The notes under the pieces were generated by a model. The model made no database searches. It was not told the origin of the DNA and was given only the letters and a program-made list of their open reading frames with translations. Below are positions 50,474 through 60,241 of a stretch of 64,000 nucleotides of DNA, in pieces (within the stretch, counting starts at the first letter, position 1; each line of letters opens with the position of its first letter). Source of the DNA: an uncultured Acidobacteriaceae bacterium (GTDB lineage Bacteria; Acidobacteriota; Terriglobia; Bryobacterales; Bryobacteraceae). The DNA lies in the NCBI GenBank assembly GCA_963795445.1, contig CAWCHX010000017.1, forward strand, positions 281,743 to 345,742, in the 5' to 3' direction. A program made the translations under genes and the position numbers.

Positions 50474-51724
50474 ATGCAGTCTGCCAATCGTTGGGGCATC
50501 GCAGTCGCGGGCGTCTTCATGCAGATTGCTTTGGGGGCTGTGTACGCCTGGAGTGTGTTTCGCAACCCCTTAATTAAGCAATTTGGCTGGACCATTCCGC
50601 AAATTACACTCACCTTCACAATCGCGATCTTCGTCCTCGGCTTGGCCGCGTTTTTTGGTGGCCTGTGGATGAACAAGAAAGGCCCCCGCGTTGTCGCTAT
50701 GACTGGTGGCGCGCTCTATGGAATCGGAGTATTTCTGGCAAGCTTCTCCGCTAACAACTTGTGGTGGCTCTATCTCAGTTATGGTTTGATCGGAGGAATC
50801 GGCCTGGGGTTCGGCTATATTGTGCCCGTCGCGGTTCTCGTCAAATGGTTTCCGGATCGTCGAGGCCTTCTCACGGGCATTGCGGTAGGAGGATTCGGCG
50901 CGGGCGCGCTAGTCACCGGTCCCGTGGCAGCGCGGCTGATTCTAAGCGTGGGCGTTCTGAAGACGTTTGCTTATCTGGGCGTCGCGTATCTCATTGTCAC
51001 TCTAATTGCCGGGTACTTCATGCAGAATCCGCCTGCGGGTTGGAAGCCTGCTGGCTGGAATCCGAGTGTCTTCGAAGCCGGGCAACGCTCGGCTCGGGAT
51101 TACTCCTTAGGCGAGGCTCTTAAAACCTGGCAATGGTGGACGCTCTGGCTTCTGCTGTTTCTCAACACTTCCGCGGGAATCTCGGTGATATCTCAAGAAG
51201 CGCCCATGTTTCAGGAGTTCGCGCATATCAATGCTGTCGTGGCAGGAGGTTTGCTCGGAGTCGTGTCCATGGGCAATGCGGCAGGACGCGTATTTTGGGC
51301 CTGGGTTTCGGACTTGGTCACGCGAAGAATGACCTTCGTAATTATGTTTGCCATCCAGGTACTGCTCTTTTGGTTCTTTCCAAGCATCCACTCCGTCGCG
51401 GTGATCGGGACCGTCACATTCGTGATTCTGATGTGTTACGGCGGAGGATTCGGCACCATGCCGGCCTTTACCGCCGACTATTTTGGAGCGAGAAACGTAG
51501 GTCCAATCTATGGGCTGATGCTAACCGCTTGGGGCTTTGCGAGTGCATTTGGACCGCTGTTGATTGCGCACATGCGCCAGGCGAGCGGGCAATATAAGGG
51601 CGCACTATATGTAATTGCCGTGGTGATGGCCATTTCCGTCATTCTGCCCTTGCTGGTTCGTCCGCCACGAACAGAGTCTTTTAAAAAACCGGCAGCCTTC
51701 GAGAGCGAGGCTGCCGGCCGGTGA
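50474..51724 (+). CDS. MFS transporter, oxalate/formate antiporter (OFA) family
   Basis: The ATG at 50474 follows GGGAGGGAGAG. The product has 12 predicted TM segments. It reads RWGIAVAGVFMQIALGAVYAWSVF (OFA hallmark) and FPDRRGL.TG.AVGGFG. Confidence 0.8.
   Translation: MQSANRWGIAVAGVFMQIALGAVYAWSVFRNPLIKQFGWTIPQITLTFTIAIFVLGLAAFFGGLWMNKKGPRVVAMTGGALYGIGVFLASFSANNLWWLYLSYGLIGGIGLGFGYIVPVAVLVKWFPDRRGLLTGIAVGGFGAGALVTGPVAARLILSVGVLKTFAYLGVAYLIVTLIAGYFMQNPPAGWKPAGWNPSVFEAGQRSARDYSLGEALKTWQWWTLWLLLFLNTSAGISVISQEAPMFQEFAHINAVVAGGLLGVVSMGNAAGRVFWAWVSDLVTRRMTFVIMFAIQVLLFWFFPSIHSVAVIGTVTFVILMCYGGGFGTMPAFTADYFGARNVGPIYGLMLTAWGFASAFGPLLIAHMRQASGQYKGALYVIAVVMAISVILPLLVRPPRTESFKKPAAFESEAAGR
51689..51717 (+). 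terminator. GC-rich hairpin at the 3' end of the MFS gene (possible terminator, no U-tract)
   Basis: CCGGCAGCC - 11 nt - GGCTGCCGG, a 9-bp perfect stem that ends 5 nt before the stop codon. Confidence 0.25.
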
Positions 51725-51944
51725 GCGTTAGCGGCTAAAAACGGGCCCGCTTGTCCTCCGAACCGAGGCTGGCACGGTGGATGCCAACCCCCAGGGAAGC
51801 GAATACAGCCGAGCCGCCCTGCTCTCACAAGCTGCCGTTATGATCGCCTCTATCTTGTAACGCAGGAAAAGCGGGAAAGTTGGAGCAGGTAAAATTACGG
51901 GGTGATGCGGCGCGGTCTGCTTCAGTCTTGAAAATGGCAGTCTA

Positions 51945-52514
51945 ATGTCCAAGCAGGATGAGGGAACGCGGCCGAGCGGTGTCATCAAAGCCGATCGCAC
52001 GGCAATCGATGCCGCTATGCCGGCCCTGTATCAGGAGCTGCGCCGGATCGCCAAAGAGTACCTTTCTAGCGAACGGCAGGGCCACACGCTGCAGCCGACA
52101 GCGCTAGTCCATGAAGCATACTTACGGCTGATCCAGCAAAATAAGATCGACTGGTCGTGCCGGGCGCAAGTGTTGGGTATCGCCTCCCGCATGATGCGGC
52201 GCATACTCGTGAATTATGCCGTCGCGCGGAGCGCGCGCAAGCGCGGGACGGCGCTGCAGATTACCACGGCAGAACCGGACGCCGCGGACATGCGTCCCGT
52301 GGCCATTGAGGACCTAGATCTAGCCTTGAATCGTCTCGAGGGAATGGATGCGCGGCAGGCCCAGATTGTGGAGCTACGTTTCTTTAGCGGTTTGACTATC
52401 GAAGAGACCGCCTCGGTAGTCGGCGTCTCGGCGGACACTGTGAAGCGGGAGTGGAGGACCGCCAAGTTGTGGCTGGCGCGCGAGTTGCATGGGCGAGCGA
52501 GTACGTCAACATAG
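51945..52514 (+). CDS. ECF-type sigma-70 factor (TIGR02999-like, kinase-associated group)
   Basis: Reads LYQELRRIAKEYLSSERQGHTLQPTALVHEAYLRL (region 2) and IVELRFFSGLTIEETASVVGVSADTVKREWRTAKLWL (region 4). It is followed 6 nt later by a Ser/Thr kinase, the typical pairing. Confidence 0.85.
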   Translation: MSKQDEGTRPSGVIKADRTAIDAAMPALYQELRRIAKEYLSSERQGHTLQPTALVHEAYLRLIQQNKIDWSCRAQVLGIASRMMRRILVNYAVARSARKRGTALQITTAEPDAADMRPVAIEDLDLALNRLEGMDARQAQIVELRFFSGLTIEETASVVGVSADTVKREWRTAKLWLARELHGRASTST

Positions 52515-52520
52515 GAGCGC

Positions 52521-54992
52521 ATGAACGCCTTACGCTGGCAACAGGTCAAGACGATTCTCGACCAGGCTCTCGAAGTCCAACCCGAGAAGCGCGAGCGATT
52601 CCTAAAGGACATTTGCGCTGAGGATTTGGCGCTTCATCGCGAGGTCAACGAGTTTCTGGCTTTCAACGAACGCGCTGACGAATTGATTTCCGACGAGGTT
52701 CTGGACAGCACGATCTCATCCGACGGCGATGACGATACGGTGTACGAAGTGCCGGAGCGCGCCGGTCCCTACCGCATTATTCGTGAAATGGGCCGTGGCG
52801 GAATGGGAGTCGTTTGCCTGGCAAAGCGCGATGACGGCGAGTACGAGCGACTGGTCGCGCTGAAGCTGATCGGAAGTAGAGTTCACGGTACAAAGTTTAC
52901 GAAGCTATTTTGGCGCGAGCGCCAGATTCTAGCTCAGCTTGACCATCCGAATATCGCCCGTTTGTTGGACGGCGGCACAGCCGAAACGGGGCAGCCGTAT
53001 TACGCGATGGAGTATGTGGAAGGCGAACCACTCGACAAATATTGCCAGCGGCGCGCGCTAGGCCTGCGTGAAAGGCTTGAACTCTTCATTTCGGTCTGCT
53101 CCGCAGTCAGCCACGCGCACCGCAATCTGATTATTCACCGGGATCTGAAGCCGAAGAACGTGCTGGTCACGCCAGCAGGCGTCCCCAAACTGCTGGACTT
53201 CGGCGTGGCAAGAATTCTGGCCGGTGACGCGCATTTGGAAAGAACGACGGGCACGCCGCTTACGCCTTGCTACGCAAGTCCGGAACAGCTCAGAGGCGAG
53301 CCTCTGACGGTCGCCACAGATATCTATTCTCTGGGTGTGTTGCTTTATGAGCTGCTAAGCGGCCGGCATCCGTACGGAAACTGCGAGGGTACGGCGGCGG
53401 CTCTCCGGCAGCTTTTAGAAGAGAATCCAATTCCGTTACGGGAACAGGCTCCAGACATTCCAGGCGATCTTGAAAACGTCGTGATGATGGCGCTCCGCAA
53501 AGAACCGGAGCGAAGATACGCCACTGTGGATGCGTTCAGCCATGACCTGAGGTCATTCCTGGGCGGCTTCCCGGTACAGGCGGCGCCTGACACATTCTTG
53601 TATCGGCTGCGCAAGTTCACAAAACGGAATCGCTGGGCGGTCATAGCGGCAACCGCCGCGCTGGTGGGCATCACGATCTCCGGGATAGTCACCTGGCGGG
53701 AAAAGCGTCAAGCCGAGATGCGATTCCAGCAGGTGCGAACGCTGGCGCACTCGGTGGTGTTCGAACTCGACGATGCGATCCGGGATTTGCCGGGCTCCAG
53801 CCGGGCCCGGGAATTGCTGGTCGCGCGCGGTCTCGAATACCTTAATGCGTTGGCGAAAAATCGTGGAAACGATCCGGCTCTCACCTTGGAATTGGCGCAA
53901 GCTTACATGAAAATCGGCGCCGCTCAGGGCGATTTGGAGCAGGCGAATGTAGGCAATCGCGAAAGGGCATTGGCGAGTTACAACGAGGCGCGCGCGCTGC
54001 TGCTGGAGCTGCACCGTAAGAATCCGGGCAATCGGGATGTGGAACGCTCGCTTGCGCTGGTAGACAACGATATTGCAGTGCTGACGCCGCGAGCGCGTCT
54101 GAAGCAGGCACCGGGAATACAGCAGCAAGCGATTGCGCTTTTCGAAGACATCGCGCATTCCAGTCCCGGAGATGCCGGATTGAAGGATCACGCCCTGGCG
54201 CATTTCTATTTGGCATTCGCGGCGACGCGACAGGAGAAGCTGCAAGAGGCTCTACCAATGTGGAACCAAGCGCTTACCGACTACGAACGGCTTCAACAAT
54301 TAGAGAATAATTCGGCGGAAGCGAAGAGGAATGTCGCACTGGTTGAGAAGCATATCGCCAGCGTGTACTCCGCATTAGGCAATTATGCCGAATCGATCGC
54401 GCATGAGCGCAAGGCAGCCGAGATCGATGAAGGGAGATTGGCGGCGGAGCCACAGAATCCGACCGCGCGCATGGATCTTTCATTCGATCTGGTTGAGCTC
54501 GGCTGGTCGCTGCACGAGTTGGGAGACGAAAAGCAAGCCGCCGATACACTGAACCGCTCGATCGCGTTGCGGCGTCAAGTAGCCGCTGCGGATCCGCACG
54601 ATTTCCGGGCACAATCGGAATACGAAACGGCGCTCCGCATGACTGGGGTGGCCCGATGCCAAGCGGGATCTTTGAACGAAGCGCTGAGCCTGGAGGAACA
54701 AGCCGCAGGAGTAGGAGCTTCGCTTCATGGGCGCGATCCGGGCAATTTGGATGAAGACGTCAACTATGCTCTCGATTGTTATGAGCTGGGCGCTGCGAAC
54801 CGCGAACTCGCCTTAAAAGGCGGCCCGACGGACGGCAATTATTGGCACGCGGCGCTGGCGAGTTTCCAACGATCGCAGATGTTGGGCGCGAAGATTTCGG
54901 CCGGCGCAATCGACGATCCGAACGATCGCGAAAAACTGACCAAGCTGCCCGAACGAATCGCGGAGTGTCTGCTGCACACGGGTAGCGAATAA
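52521..54992 (+). CDS. serine/threonine protein kinase with one TM segment and C-terminal TPR-like repeats
   Basis: 823-aa intact ORF. Kinase motifs are GRGGMGVV, VALKLI, HRDLKPKNVLV, DFGVAR and SPEQL. A TM helix is at WAVIAATAALVGITISGIV, followed by about 430 aa of helical repeats. Confidence 0.88.
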   Translation: MNALRWQQVKTILDQALEVQPEKRERFLKDICAEDLALHREVNEFLAFNERADELISDEVLDSTISSDGDDDTVYEVPERAGPYRIIREMGRGGMGVVCLAKRDDGEYERLVALKLIGSRVHGTKFTKLFWRERQILAQLDHPNIARLLDGGTAETGQPYYAMEYVEGEPLDKYCQRRALGLRERLELFISVCSAVSHAHRNLIIHRDLKPKNVLVTPAGVPKLLDFGVARILAGDAHLERTTGTPLTPCYASPEQLRGEPLTVATDIYSLGVLLYELLSGRHPYGNCEGTAAALRQLLEENPIPLREQAPDIPGDLENVVMMALRKEPERRYATVDAFSHDLRSFLGGFPVQAAPDTFLYRLRKFTKRNRWAVIAATAALVGITISGIVTWREKRQAEMRFQQVRTLAHSVVFELDDAIRDLPGSSRARELLVARGLEYLNALAKNRGNDPALTLELAQAYMKIGAAQGDLEQANVGNRERALASYNEARALLLELHRKNPGNRDVERSLALVDNDIAVLTPRARLKQAPGIQQQAIALFEDIAHSSPGDAGLKDHALAHFYLAFAATRQEKLQEALPMWNQALTDYERLQQLENNSAEAKRNVALVEKHIASVYSALGNYAESIAHERKAAEIDEGRLAAEPQNPTARMDLSFDLVELGWSLHELGDEKQAADTLNRSIALRRQVAAADPHDFRAQSEYETALRMTGVARCQAGSLNEALSLEEQAAGVGASLHGRDPGNLDEDVNYALDCYELGAANRELALKGGPTDGNYWHAALASFQRSQMLGAKISAGAIDDPNDREKLTKLPERIAECLLHTGSE

Positions 54993-55001
54993 GGGGCGCG
55001 T

Positions 55002-56263
55002 TTGGGAGCGCGTGATTGTACAATCCGAAGCGTGCCGGAAGCTGCCCGCCAAAAAGCGCTCGAATTCGAAGAAGCGCGCCAGATGGTTATCGAAATTGTG
55101 CGCTCTTTGGGAAGCAAGCAGGCAATAGAATCGGTTCCTCTGGAGCAGGCGCACGGGCGCGTACTGGCTGAACCGCTTCTAGCGGACCGGGACTACCCTG
55201 CCCTGCGGCGGTCGTTGCGCGACGGATTCGCGGTGAAGTCGAGCGACGTTCCGGGAACGCTGCGGATTCGTGGAGAAGTCCGCGCCGGAGAAGAACAACA
55301 GGCTCCACTGCAGGATGGAGAGGCACTGGAGATCATGACGGGCGCACCGGTGCCGGAGGGCGCCGACGCGGTAGTGATGGTAGAGCACGTCACTAGAATG
55401 AACGACCCGCAGGAGCGGATTGCAGGTCAAAATAGAGCAGCGCGCCGAGGCGGGCCAATTCATCAACCCGCGGGGCGCCGAAGCGCAACAGGGATCGGCC
55501 CTGATCCCGAAAGGCATGCCGCTCGATGCCAGCCACATAGCCACGCTGGCGATGACCGGCAGCACGTCTGTGCGCGTCTTGGCGCGCCCATCGGCCGCGA
55601 TCCTGGCCACGGGCGATGAGATTGTCGAATTGGACGAGCGGCCAGCCGGCCACCAGGTTCGTAACTCGAACTCCTATATGCTGGCGGCGCTTGTTCGTGC
55701 TGCAGGCGGGGCGCCAACGATTCTACCGGTCGCCCGCGACACCAAAGAAGCGCTGCGTCCGCTGCTCGAGCAAGGATTGCAGATACGACATGCTACTGGT
55801 CAGCGGCGGCGTTTCGGCGGGAAAGTACGATCTAGTAAAGCCGACGTTGCGCGAGCTGGGCGTGGAATTTCATTTCGAGCGGGTGCGGGTGCAACCGGGT
55901 CAGCCAACAGCATTCGGGACGTGGAAAGACAAGCCGGTTTTCGGGCTGCCGGGAAATCCCGGTTCGACGCTTATCACGTTTCAACTCTTCGCCCGTCCGG
56001 CTCTGGAGCTGCTCAGAGGACAAGACGAACCGATTCTGCCGCTGCTGTCGGCGCGCTTTGAGGCACCGTTTCGCCACAAACTCGGCTTAACGCGCTTCCT
56101 TCCTGCACGCCTTAATACGGATGGACAGTCGCTGCGGCATATCCCGTGGCAAGGATCGAGTGACGTTCCGGCGCTTGCCAAGGCGAATGTCTTTTTGGTC
56201 GCGGATCACGATCGCGAAAGCTGGGCAATCGGCGACTCGATCCGAGTGATGCTCAAAGCATGA
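55002..56263 (+). pseudogene. moeA: molybdopterin molybdenumtransferase MoeA, two frame breaks (near 55410 and 55786)
   Basis: Three consecutive frames carry the gene. First ...GRVLAEPLLADRDYPA..RS.RDGFAV...IMTGAPVPEGADAVVMVEH. Then ...GQFINPRGAEA..G...IPKG...ILATGDEIVE...GHQVRNSNSYML. Then YDMLLVSGGVSAGKYDLV...RVRVQPGQPTAFG...VFGLPGNPGST. Confidence 0.85.
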
Positions 56264-56740
56264 AAAAGAGGCTTTCGCATTACGATTCGGCCGGCCAGGT
56301 TTCGATGGTGGATGTCGGCGGAAAGGAGATCACCCAGCCGTACAGCGACTGCTCGCGCCTTTGTCGCGATGGCCCCGCACGTCATCAAAGCGTTGCCAGC
56401 AAATGCAAAGGGTGACCCGCTGGAGGTAGCAAGAATCGCCGGGATCAGCGCGGCGAAAAGGACATGGGACCTGATCCCTCTTTGCCATCAACTACCGCTC
56501 ACCCACGTGGAATTGCAATTCAGCGTGGAAGAGAGCGGGATCGAGATCACGGCGACGGCTGCTACTGCCGCTCGAACGGGCGTGGAAATGGAGGCGATGA
56601 CCGCCGCCTCAGTTGCCGCATTGACGATTTACGACATGACCAAGGCTCTGGATAAGGGTATCGAGATCCGCGAAATTCATCTGCTCGAAAAGACGGGCGG
56701 AAAATCCGGGACATACCGGCGAAAAAAAGCGGCGAAATGA
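56260..56740 (+). pseudogene. moaC: cyclic pyranopterin monophosphate synthase MoaC, frame break near 56338
   Basis: [26 protein letters not shown] (the start forms an ATGA overlap with the moeA stop). It continues in the next frame as [13 protein letters not shown]...[24 protein letters not shown]...[19 protein letters not shown]. Confidence 0.85.
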
Positions 56741-57216
56741 TAACGGTGGCGATTCTGACGGTGAGCGATTCGGCCGTTGCGGGCACGCGAGAGGATCAAT
56801 CGGGCCCCGCCCTTCAACGACGCTGCCGCGAGTTGGACTGGCCTGTCGTTGCGGCTAAAACTATTTCCGATGAGCAGAGTGGGATTGCGGCGCAACTGCG
56901 GGAATGGGCTGACGATGGAACCGCATCGCTGCTGTTGACGACAGGCGGTACCGGCGTTGCCGCGCGCGACGTTACTCCGGAGGCGACCCGCAGCATCCTC
57001 GACCGCGAGATCCCCGGGCTGGGAGAGTTGATGCGCGCGAAAGGAATGGAGCAGACGAAGTTTTCAGTGCTGTCGCGGGCGGTAGCTGGAACGCGAGGCC
57101 GAAGTTTGATAGTGAATCTCCCGGGTTCGCCGCGAGGAGCGTTGCATTCGCTGGAGGCCATCGAGCACCTGGTAGCGCATATCATTGACCTGCTTGAAGG
57201 GCGTACGGAACATTAG
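56737..57216 (+). CDS. mogA: molybdopterin adenylyltransferase (MogA/MoaB family)
   Basis: 159-aa intact ORF. Reads ILTVSDS...[25 protein letters not shown] and LPGSP.GA. Has an ATGA overlap with moaC. Confidence 0.85.
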   Translation: MITVAILTVSDSAVAGTREDQSGPALQRRCRELDWPVVAAKTISDEQSGIAAQLREWADDGTASLLLTTGGTGVAARDVTPEATRSILDREIPGLGELMRAKGMEQTKFSVLSRAVAGTRGRSLIVNLPGSPRGALHSLEAIEHLVAHIIDLLEGRTEH

Positions 57217-57299
57217 GCAAATGACAGCCGAGTTGCTTCGGGTGAGAAACTGAGGATGGTAATAGAAACTCAGCAGGAACCGGAGGCATCTCAGGACAT

Positions 57300-58508
57300 A
57301 TGAGGTATTTACCTTGGCTCGTCTTGCTGGCGGCGATGGGCACGACGGGCGTGGCTCAAGTTTTACCGCCAGGACAACTTCCGCCGGGACCGCCGCCGCA
57401 ACCCGGCCAGTTGGGACCCGCACCCAAGAAATTGCCGTCAAATACTCCCGATGCTTCATCCCCCGGCACGGAAGGGCCGACGGTTCAGCCTGTAAACGCG
57501 GACAATCCTTCTAAGATTCCGGGTATTACAGCGCAATACGTGCTGGTTCCGACGTCTGTGTTGGATCCAGACGGGCATGGATACGTGAATGGCCTGAGTA
57601 CCACCGATTTTGAGGTCTACGATAACGACAAGTTGCAGAAAGTGAGCGCCGATTTCAGCCAATTGCCGCTTTCGGTTGTGCTGGTAGTGCAGGCGAACTC
57701 CGAAATAGAACCGGTGCTTCCACAGTTGAAGAGGACGGGACTTCTCTTTCAAGGACTGGTTACCGGAACGGACGGCGATGTGGCTGTCGTGGCATTCGAT
57801 CATCGGCTGCAGCATCTACAGGACTTCACGAACGATCCGGGCAAGCTGGACGATGCGATGCAAAAGCTCACGGCGGGATCGAGCAGCGCACGGTTGGTGG
57901 ATGCCGTACTCGACGCGGATCATATGCTCAAGCGCCACGATCCGCGAAATGTGCGCCGCCGGGTGATTGTGTTGCTGAGCCGCAACATAGATAAAGGCAG
58001 CGAATCGCACCTGCAGGAAACGGTACGGTCCATGCAGTTCGACAACGTGGTTATCTACTGCGTCGATATTTCACGGCTCTTGACGGCCTTCATGAAAAAG
58101 CCCGATTATCCGCCTCCGCAGAATGGCGGACTGCCCCCGGAGGCGCTCCCGAATATTGCTGGTGGAATGGGCCCCCGAAATCAAACCAGCGTTCTCCAGG
58201 AAGAAGATGGGAACCTTCTTAATGGAGTTGCTCCGATCGCGCGGTCCATACACGACCTGTTCAAGAGAAGCCCTGCGGAAGCGTTTTCCTATTTCACAGG
58301 CGGACGAATGTATAGCTTCGCGACGCAGCGCACTTTAGAGACCGCCATAACGGACATTGGCGCAGACCTGAATAGCCAATACCTGTTGAGCTATAACCCC
58401 AACGACAAGAACGAACCGGGTTTTCACAACATCAAGGTTGTGGTAGATCGTCCCGGATTGAAGATTCGCGCGAGACCGGGTTATTGGTGGGGCGGCGGCG
58501 CGCAATAG
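57300..58508 (+). CDS. VWA-domain protein (acidobacterial TIGR03436-type)
   Basis: 402-aa ORF. It has a signal peptide, a Pro-rich linker, an N-terminal beta domain (FEVYDNDKLQKV), a VWA core (LSVVLVV...VAVVAFD) and the characteristic tail GFHNIKVVVDRPGLKIRARPGYW. Confidence 0.8.
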   Translation: MRYLPWLVLLAAMGTTGVAQVLPPGQLPPGPPPQPGQLGPAPKKLPSNTPDASSPGTEGPTVQPVNADNPSKIPGITAQYVLVPTSVLDPDGHGYVNGLSTTDFEVYDNDKLQKVSADFSQLPLSVVLVVQANSEIEPVLPQLKRTGLLFQGLVTGTDGDVAVVAFDHRLQHLQDFTNDPGKLDDAMQKLTAGSSSARLVDAVLDADHMLKRHDPRNVRRRVIVLLSRNIDKGSESHLQETVRSMQFDNVVIYCVDISRLLTAFMKKPDYPPPQNGGLPPEALPNIAGGMGPRNQTSVLQEEDGNLLNGVAPIARSIHDLFKRSPAEAFSYFTGGRMYSFATQRTLETAITDIGADLNSQYLLSYNPNDKNEPGFHNIKVVVDRPGLKIRARPGYWWGGGAQ

Positions 58509-58594
58509 ACTACTTAGTGAGGACTAAGACTTCCACGGGTTGAAAATTAAAACGCCCAAACCTTCAAAGTCTTTCACGTTGCGCGTCACAACTC

Positions 58595-58930
58595 TCAGTT
58601 GCCGCAGCGAGGACATTGCCACTTCGCTTCGCAAGAAGCGGCCACGAGCGCTTCCTGCGATTGTGGCTCGGAAGCAAGTAATTGGTGGATCCGAGCAATG
58701 CTCTCTGAACGGTGCCGGTTGGCAAGGAATCCAAACTGGCGAATGCGCACGAAGCCGTGCGGAAGAACATGTTGCACGTAGCGCCGCAGGAACTCCAATG
58801 ACGGAGTGTCATGAGGCGCTGCTTGTTGCCGCGGGCATCGTCCTTCCAACAGAAAGTGACTTGTTCCCCATCAAAAGAGACCAGCCGGTGATTGCTGATG
58901 GCAACGCGATGGGTATAGCCGCAATCGGTT
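58595..58930 (-). mobile_element. IS91-family (Y2 / rolling-circle) transposase C-terminal fragment, 5'-truncated and frameshifted
   Basis: ...GYTHRVAISNHRLVSFDGEQVTFCWKDDARGNKQRLMTL reads in one frame. After a shift near 58805 it continues EFLRRYVQHVLPHGFVRIRQFGFLANRHR...KWQCPRCGN*. Confidence 0.7.
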
Positions 58931-58950
58931 CAACCTAACTCTTACTCTTA

Positions 58951-59058
58951 TGGCTATGTCCGCGTTGCGGTGGCCCGATGCTTCTTCTGCAGAGACTTAC
59001 CGTTGGGGAACTCAACTCGCAATCGGCGGAATGGAGGATTCACCTTGGCAGCTCTTAA
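58951..59058 (+). mobile_element. second IS91-family transposase tail fragment in opposite orientation
   Basis: WLCPRCGGPMLLLQRLTVGELNSQSAEWRIHLGSS* is the extreme C-terminus (Zn-ribbon CPRCG plus tail) of the same family. It differs at the nucleotide level from the minus-strand copy. Confidence 0.5.
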
Positions 59059-59569
59059 TGGCTCGCCAGTTCCGGCCAAATCAATGAGTGTTTCGACAGG
59101 CACACTACACGTGTGTTCTGTTTGCGCTTTCGACAACCATCTCGCGCTTTCAGATCACATATTCACAGCAGCTTGCACGTGTATCCAATGCTCAAAACTC
59201 TTTCTCAACTGATCAGCTTTGCCGGCCTTTTCGCTCCGGCACTCGATCCAAAGCTCGAAAATCGTATTTAAATCCCATAGCAGCGCTTTGCCAGACCGGC
59301 CGCGTCCGCCGCAAACGCGGCGCCTTCCTTCAAACGTCTCTATCCGAAGTGATCCGGCGCCCAACTCCTCGCCACGCCCCGGCCTTCCTGCACCGAGTCA
59401 CTCCAGATAGAGTCATAGCGTTACTGGCGAGCTATCTGCCGGGTGCTCCAATTTCCGAGTTATCCGTCAACCGCTCGCCGGAAGACACGAAGTAACACCA
59501 CTTGCTCCGCGGTGAGTCGCTGGTCTCGAATCTCGGCGGATTGGAGCTTGGACCCCATTGCGAGACGCA

Positions 59570-60217
59570 CTAGCCAATTTTCCAGTTTGCGCGTCCACGA
59601 ACAATCCGGGACCGAGGAACGCGCGAGGCCAGGACAAGCATGAGACCCAGAGCGCTAAGTACGAAGGTTGACCCCTCCGGGACAGCGTTCGACGCCGGGC
59701 CGGCCTCACCGACGATCACCGATACGGGGGCAGTCAGCGTCAACACCGCTCCATCGGCTAACGAATCATTATCGGGATCGAAAGAAGAATCATTGGGGCT
59801 GACGCTAAATTCTGAATAACTGATGACGAGGGTTCCGTTCGCCTGGTCACCGACAGATTGAAAAGAGTTGATTTCGTAGGAACCGATTCCAGTGCCAAGC
59901 GTTGCATCAAAGTGTTGCGTATACGGATTTACTTCGCCATTGCCAGTATTAGGTCCGACCACGACGAAGTTGTTCGTGATGATCGGAGTAAACACGCCCA
60001 CCGGGTATGTGCCCATGTCGAGTACGAAATCCGCCCCGTCGATGACGATCCAGGGCGTGCTTGTATCGTAAGCGTCGGGGGTGGCTGTAATGGTCCCGCC
60101 AAAGCCGACCAGGTCGCCCGGCATGCCGTAAAGCGTGTTGCTGTCGAGGGTAAGTGTAGCCGCGACGGCGCCATTCGTCATGAAAAGGGCCGCGATTATC
60201 AGCGGTATCTTCCGCAT
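59570..60217 (-). CDS. secreted protein with PEP-CTERM-like C-terminal anchor
   Basis: Signal peptide MRKIPLIIAALFMTNGAVAA. The C-terminus reads NAVPEGSTFVLSALGLMLVLASRVPRSRIVRGR (a VPEx motif, a TM helix and a basic tail). It lies 24 nt downstream of the FG-GAP gene on the same strand. Confidence 0.65.
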   Translation of the reverse strand: MRKIPLIIAALFMTNGAVAATLTLDSNTLYGMPGDLVGFGGTITATPDAYDTSTPWIVIDGADFVLDMGTYPVGVFTPIITNNFVVVGPNTGNGEVNPYTQHFDATLGTGIGSYEINSFQSVGDQANGTLVISYSEFSVSPNDSSFDPDNDSLADGAVLTLTAPVSVIVGEAGPASNAVPEGSTFVLSALGLMLVLASRVPRSRIVRGRANWKIG

Positions 60218-60241
60218 TCTTTTGTATCTCCGAGTCTTTAC

